Of a stretch of DNA of 10,573 nucleotides, positions 7,510 through 10,573 are shown piece after piece (within the stretch, counting starts at the first letter, position 1; every line of letters begins with the position of its first letter). The position numbers were made by a program, and so were the translations under genes. Below the pieces are notes generated by a model. It saw only the letters and a program-made list of their open reading frames with translations. It had not been told where the DNA came from and did not search any database. Origin of the DNA: an uncultured archaeon (GTDB taxonomy: Archaea > Asgardarchaeota > Lokiarchaeia > Sigyniarchaeales > Promethearchaeaceae); NCBI GenBank assembly GCA_964426185.1, contig CAYRPF010000061.1:10637-21209 (forward strand), given 5' to 3'.

Positions 7510-7666
7510 GATAATCAGGTTGTTTTAATAATTCAAATGGAAGATCTTTAACTTGAATATATCAGAAGTAAAATCTTTGTGGGTTAAATGTTATATTAAT
7601 TCGACGTTAATATCAGAATAAAAAAGGAATCACAGTGATATAACTTTAGAAGATCTTTCACAAAAT
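7510..7666. promoter_or_regulatory. Divergent promoter region shared by DP2 and DP1
   Basis: 157-bp AT-rich spacer between head-to-head starts. It contains AAGATCTT palindromes at 7541-7548 and 7650-7657, the inverted repeat ATATTAA-N7-TTAATAT at 7593-7613 and ATCAC-A-GTGAT at 7629-7639. Confidence 0.7.
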
Positions 7667-9850
7667 ATGGAAAAATTGAAAATCATGACGCTTTCGGAAC
7701 AAAACCAAAATCAAGATATAGCACGCTTGTTACAAGTGATTTTGCAGTCAAAGGTGAATATTGATCCTTATGCATTATGGTTTTTGAGCCGATTAAAAGT
7801 ATCTGACTCTGATCTCGAAGAATTTTTGCAGCATATTGCTTTTTTGCCCCATTTTTCTTCCTACATTTCCTACGATTTTTTAAAAGAAGAATGGTTGCTC
7901 TTTCAGAAAAAGAGAAGTAAAATTCATAAAACAGATAATAAAGACAAAGAATCTTCAAATATTGAAGAAGCAAAAACACTAAAGAATTCTTCCATGCAGA
8001 TTTCAACCCCCAAAAAGCAAGAAGTAGAAACCAATTCTGGAGATAAAGAAATTATCGATCCAGAATTTGATTTTGAATCTGCTGAAGTGGATGAAATCTT
8101 GGGGGAATCTTTTTCAAAAATATTACCTTCATCCCTTAAAGCGTCAAATACTCAAAGGAAACAAACAATTTTGGCTCCAAATCCTAAAATTCCAGTTGAA
8201 AAAAATCCTCTATTGCGTAAACAAGATCAAACAGATCATGAACTTAAAGGATTAGATGCTCCTGAATCAATTGATATTAATCCCGAATTGCAAATTTTAG
8301 ATTTGAAGACATCTTCCCCGAACTCAGATCAAGTAGAACATTTAAAAAATATGGTAAATTCGACTCATATTGCTCAAATCTCTCCTAATCAAATACAATC
8401 TAAAAAAAATAATCTTGAACCTTCTGCAGAGAAATCATCTAATCACCTTAAAGAAGAAGAATCGAGTAAAGTAGAAAGAATTCATTCCCAAAAGAGAAAA
8501 TCGTGGGAATCATTGGAAATATCGGATTCCTCAAAATTATCATCCCTAAAATCTGGGACGTCCATGTTTAAACCAATAGCTGCTGAATATGATGCGGAAA
8601 TTAAAATTCTTAAAGATCCCACTGGTAAATTGTATACAGAAGGAAAAATCTCGGAATTTCTTAAAGTCCAACAAGATAAATTTGAAAAACTATCAAAAAT
8701 CTTGCAAAAAAGGCCAGAATCTGGCGGTGTTCTTCCCATAAATATGATAAATCGCTTAGAAAATTCAACAGAGATTAAATTTATCGGAATGGTAAGTGAA
8801 AAACGCTTAACCAACGCAAAAAATTATCTCATTCAGTTCGAAGATCCTACCGGCGATTGTATGGCGCTTGTTCAGCAGAAAAAAACCGATGTCTATAAAC
8901 TTATTGATTATTTACTCCCTGATCATGTGGTAATTGTGGATGGCTTTTTAAGTGTGAATGAAAAGACCAATTCTAGAATAATTTTAGTTAATGATATCAT
9001 TTTTCCCGATTCACCTAACACTCATACAGTTCAAACTCCAGAAGAAGATATAGCAATGTGCTTGATTTCTGACACTCATTTTGGGAGCATTGAATGGCTG
9101 GAAAAAATATGGTATCGTTTTGTGGATTACTTAAATTGTCGAGTAGGTAATCATCGTCAAAGGACACAAGCAGGAAAAATAAAATATTTATGCATTGCAG
9201 GAGATATTGTTGATGGGATTGGCGTTTATCCCAATCAAGAAAAACATTTACGTATAAAGGATATTTATCAACAGTACGAAGCATGTGCATCTTATTTAAC
9301 AGATTTACCAGATTATATAGAAATCATAATAATCCCCGGAGATCATGATGCGGTGCGAAAAGCAGTGCCTGCTCCCTCTCTACCAAAAGATTTTGCAGAA
9401 CCTCTCTATAATCAAGGTTATACCATGCTGGGTAATCCAAGTATGGTTAGCTTACATGGAATTAAAACCCAGTTATTTCACGGGACTTCATTGATTGACC
9501 TTAATATGGCAATTCCAGGAATGTCGAATGAAGATCCTTTTGGAACGATGAAAGAATTCATACGAGCGCGCGATTTAGTCCCAACTTATGGGAAAAAGAC
9601 CGAATTTGCTCCAGTTGAAGAAAATTGGTTTGTGTTAGATGAACTTCCAGACGTGTTACATACGGGACATCTACATAAAAATGGTTACGGGAAATATCAC
9701 GGAATTTTGTTGGTTAATTCTGGTTGTTTTCAAGATCAAACCGAATTCATGGATAGTCTTGGGATTATTCCAGATTATGGAAAGCCTACCGTGGTTAATA
9801 TGAAAGGAAATCTCACTCCAAAGGTAATAGATTTAGTTGGTGACATGTAA
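7667..9850 (+). CDS. polB: DNA polymerase D small subunit DP1 (Mre11-like 3'-5' proofreading exonuclease subunit)
   Basis: N-terminal helical domain, long low-complexity linker, OB-fold (FIGMVSEKR...FEDPTG), then calcineurin-like phosphoesterase motifs ISDTHFGS, AGDIVDGIGVYPNQ, PGDHD, FHG, PDVLHTGHLH and NSGCFQDQTEF. An alternative start is possible at ATG 7685. Confidence 0.96.
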   Translation: MEKLKIMTLSEQNQNQDIARLLQVILQSKVNIDPYALWFLSRLKVSDSDLEEFLQHIAFLPHFSSYISYDFLKEEWLLFQKKRSKIHKTDNKDKESSNIEEAKTLKNSSMQISTPKKQEVETNSGDKEIIDPEFDFESAEVDEILGESFSKILPSSLKASNTQRKQTILAPNPKIPVEKNPLLRKQDQTDHELKGLDAPESIDINPELQILDLKTSSPNSDQVEHLKNMVNSTHIAQISPNQIQSKKNNLEPSAEKSSNHLKEEESSKVERIHSQKRKSWESLEISDSSKLSSLKSGTSMFKPIAAEYDAEIKILKDPTGKLYTEGKISEFLKVQQDKFEKLSKILQKRPESGGVLPINMINRLENSTEIKFIGMVSEKRLTNAKNYLIQFEDPTGDCMALVQQKKTDVYKLIDYLLPDHVVIVDGFLSVNEKTNSRIILVNDIIFPDSPNTHTVQTPEEDIAMCLISDTHFGSIEWLEKIWYRFVDYLNCRVGNHRQRTQAGKIKYLCIAGDIVDGIGVYPNQEKHLRIKDIYQQYEACASYLTDLPDYIEIIIIPGDHDAVRKAVPAPSLPKDFAEPLYNQGYTMLGNPSMVSLHGIKTQLFHGTSLIDLNMAIPGMSNEDPFGTMKEFIRARDLVPTYGKKTEFAPVEENWFVLDELPDVLHTGHLHKNGYGKYHGILLVNSGCFQDQTEFMDSLGIIPDYGKPTVVNMKGNLTPKVIDLVGDM

Positions 9851-9851
9851 A

Positions 9852-10520
9852 ATGGTGCTAAAAACACCCAATACTTTAGATCAATTAATATTATATTGGT
9901 GGAAAATTATTGACCGCCCACAGATCAGTCGCGATGAATTACAAAATTTCATTGCTTTTGAATTATTTACTCTTTCTCTTGAAGAAACAAAGCATAAAAT
10001 CCAGCAGGCTATCGATCAAAAGTTGCTCCAATATGATCCTTTAACTGAAATTCTTCAACTTAGACCTTCTCTTCAGACGGAATTTGAAGCATGGAAGAAT
10101 GAAGGAGTGAAAAAAACCAAAAAAATGCTAGAAATTTTGCGAAAACCTTGGCGAAAACCGATTGAATTTGATGAAAAGGATTATTATAACATTTATTATC
10201 ACGATTTGGTTGATCCCACAATAGATAAAAGGACTTCAAATATTATGTCATCTGCGATCGAACTGCAAAAATTGGATTTTAATTCAATCATTACGGGAAA
10301 GATAAACGGTTTTCCGTTTGAAATAAACCTAGAAGAAAAAAGAATCGTTCATAGATGTCCTGACTTCACCCCATTTCGCATCCAAGAAAAGAGTTTTTGT
10401 CCCCATCTCGCCCGGTTAATTATGAAATTAAATTTTAAAAATAAAGATGAAACTCTAAAATTATTGAAAAAAATTGTCCAAAACAAAAACTTCTGGGAAT
10501 TTTCAAATTCATTTAAGTGA
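9852..10520 (+). CDS. Uncharacterised protein: N-terminal DUF2240-like winged-helix domain plus C-terminal SWIM-type zinc finger
   Basis: In-frame ATG at 9852, 1 nt after the DP1 stop, is preferred over the overlapping 9837 start. The N-terminus (ISRDELQNFIAFEL...LSLEETKHKIQQAIDQKLL) resembles DUF2240 from memory. The C-terminus FEINL...IVHRCPDF-x9-CPHLARL is SWIM-like, with His as first ligand (10350-10406). Confidence 0.8.
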   Translation: MVLKTPNTLDQLILYWWKIIDRPQISRDELQNFIAFELFTLSLEETKHKIQQAIDQKLLQYDPLTEILQLRPSLQTEFEAWKNEGVKKTKKMLEILRKPWRKPIEFDEKDYYNIYYHDLVDPTIDKRTSNIMSSAIELQKLDFNSIITGKINGFPFEINLEEKRIVHRCPDFTPFRIQEKSFCPHLARLIMKLNFKNKDETLKLLKKIVQNKNFWEFSNSFK

Positions 10521-10528
10521 AAAAAATT

Positions 10529-10573
10529 TTAGCCTGAGGGGTAGTGCCCATATTTAGAGATAAATTTCAATTT
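10529..10573 (-). CDS. Possible 3' end of a convergent gene running in from outside the window
   Basis: Minus strand is open from the window edge as KLKFISKYGHYPSG* and stops 8 nt from the SWIM gene stop. It is too short to be sure. Confidence 0.3.
   Translation of the reverse strand, partial: KLKFISKYGHYPSG

Noticed and set aside
7510-7666. Replication origin next to the PolD genes
   Set aside because: No ORB-like repeats with G-strings, no cdc6/orc1 gene in the window, and the spacer is short.
7683-9290. Short ORFs at 7683-8006, 8067-8255, 8482-8814 and 9015-9290
   Set aside because: Antisense or alternative-frame ORFs nested in DP1, with no independent support.
9837-9851. 14-bp overlap start for the SWIM gene as given in the ORF track
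   Set aside because: An in-frame ATG at 9852 directly after the DP1 stop is more parsimonious.

Overview
AT-rich archaeal chromosomal window. Protein style and composition suggest an Asgard/Lokiarchaeia-like organism; this is inference only. The core is a family-D DNA polymerase locus in head-to-head layout. DP2/polC (minus, 2383-7509) carries a 482-aa intein directly before the catalytic CDGDED motif, and its LAGLIDADG endonuclease looks damaged. DP1/polB (plus, 7667-9850) diverges from a 157-bp intergenic region rich in palindromes, and is followed 1 nt later by a DUF2240-like winged-helix plus HxC-type SWIM zinc-finger gene. Between polC and a convergent membrane-protein gene lies a minus-strand tRNA-Ser(TGA) that the ORF track misses. 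It has an encoded CCA, a 23-nt bulge-helix-bulge intron in the D-loop and a U53-A61 pair replacing the near-invariant G53-C61. The left end has a conserved hypothetical protein with a possible ISOCOT fold and a multi-pass membrane protein. I see no CRISPR array, IS element or defence system. The best candidates for new biology are the PolD-coupled DUF2240-SWIM gene, the altered DP1 exonuclease site and the atypical tRNA.
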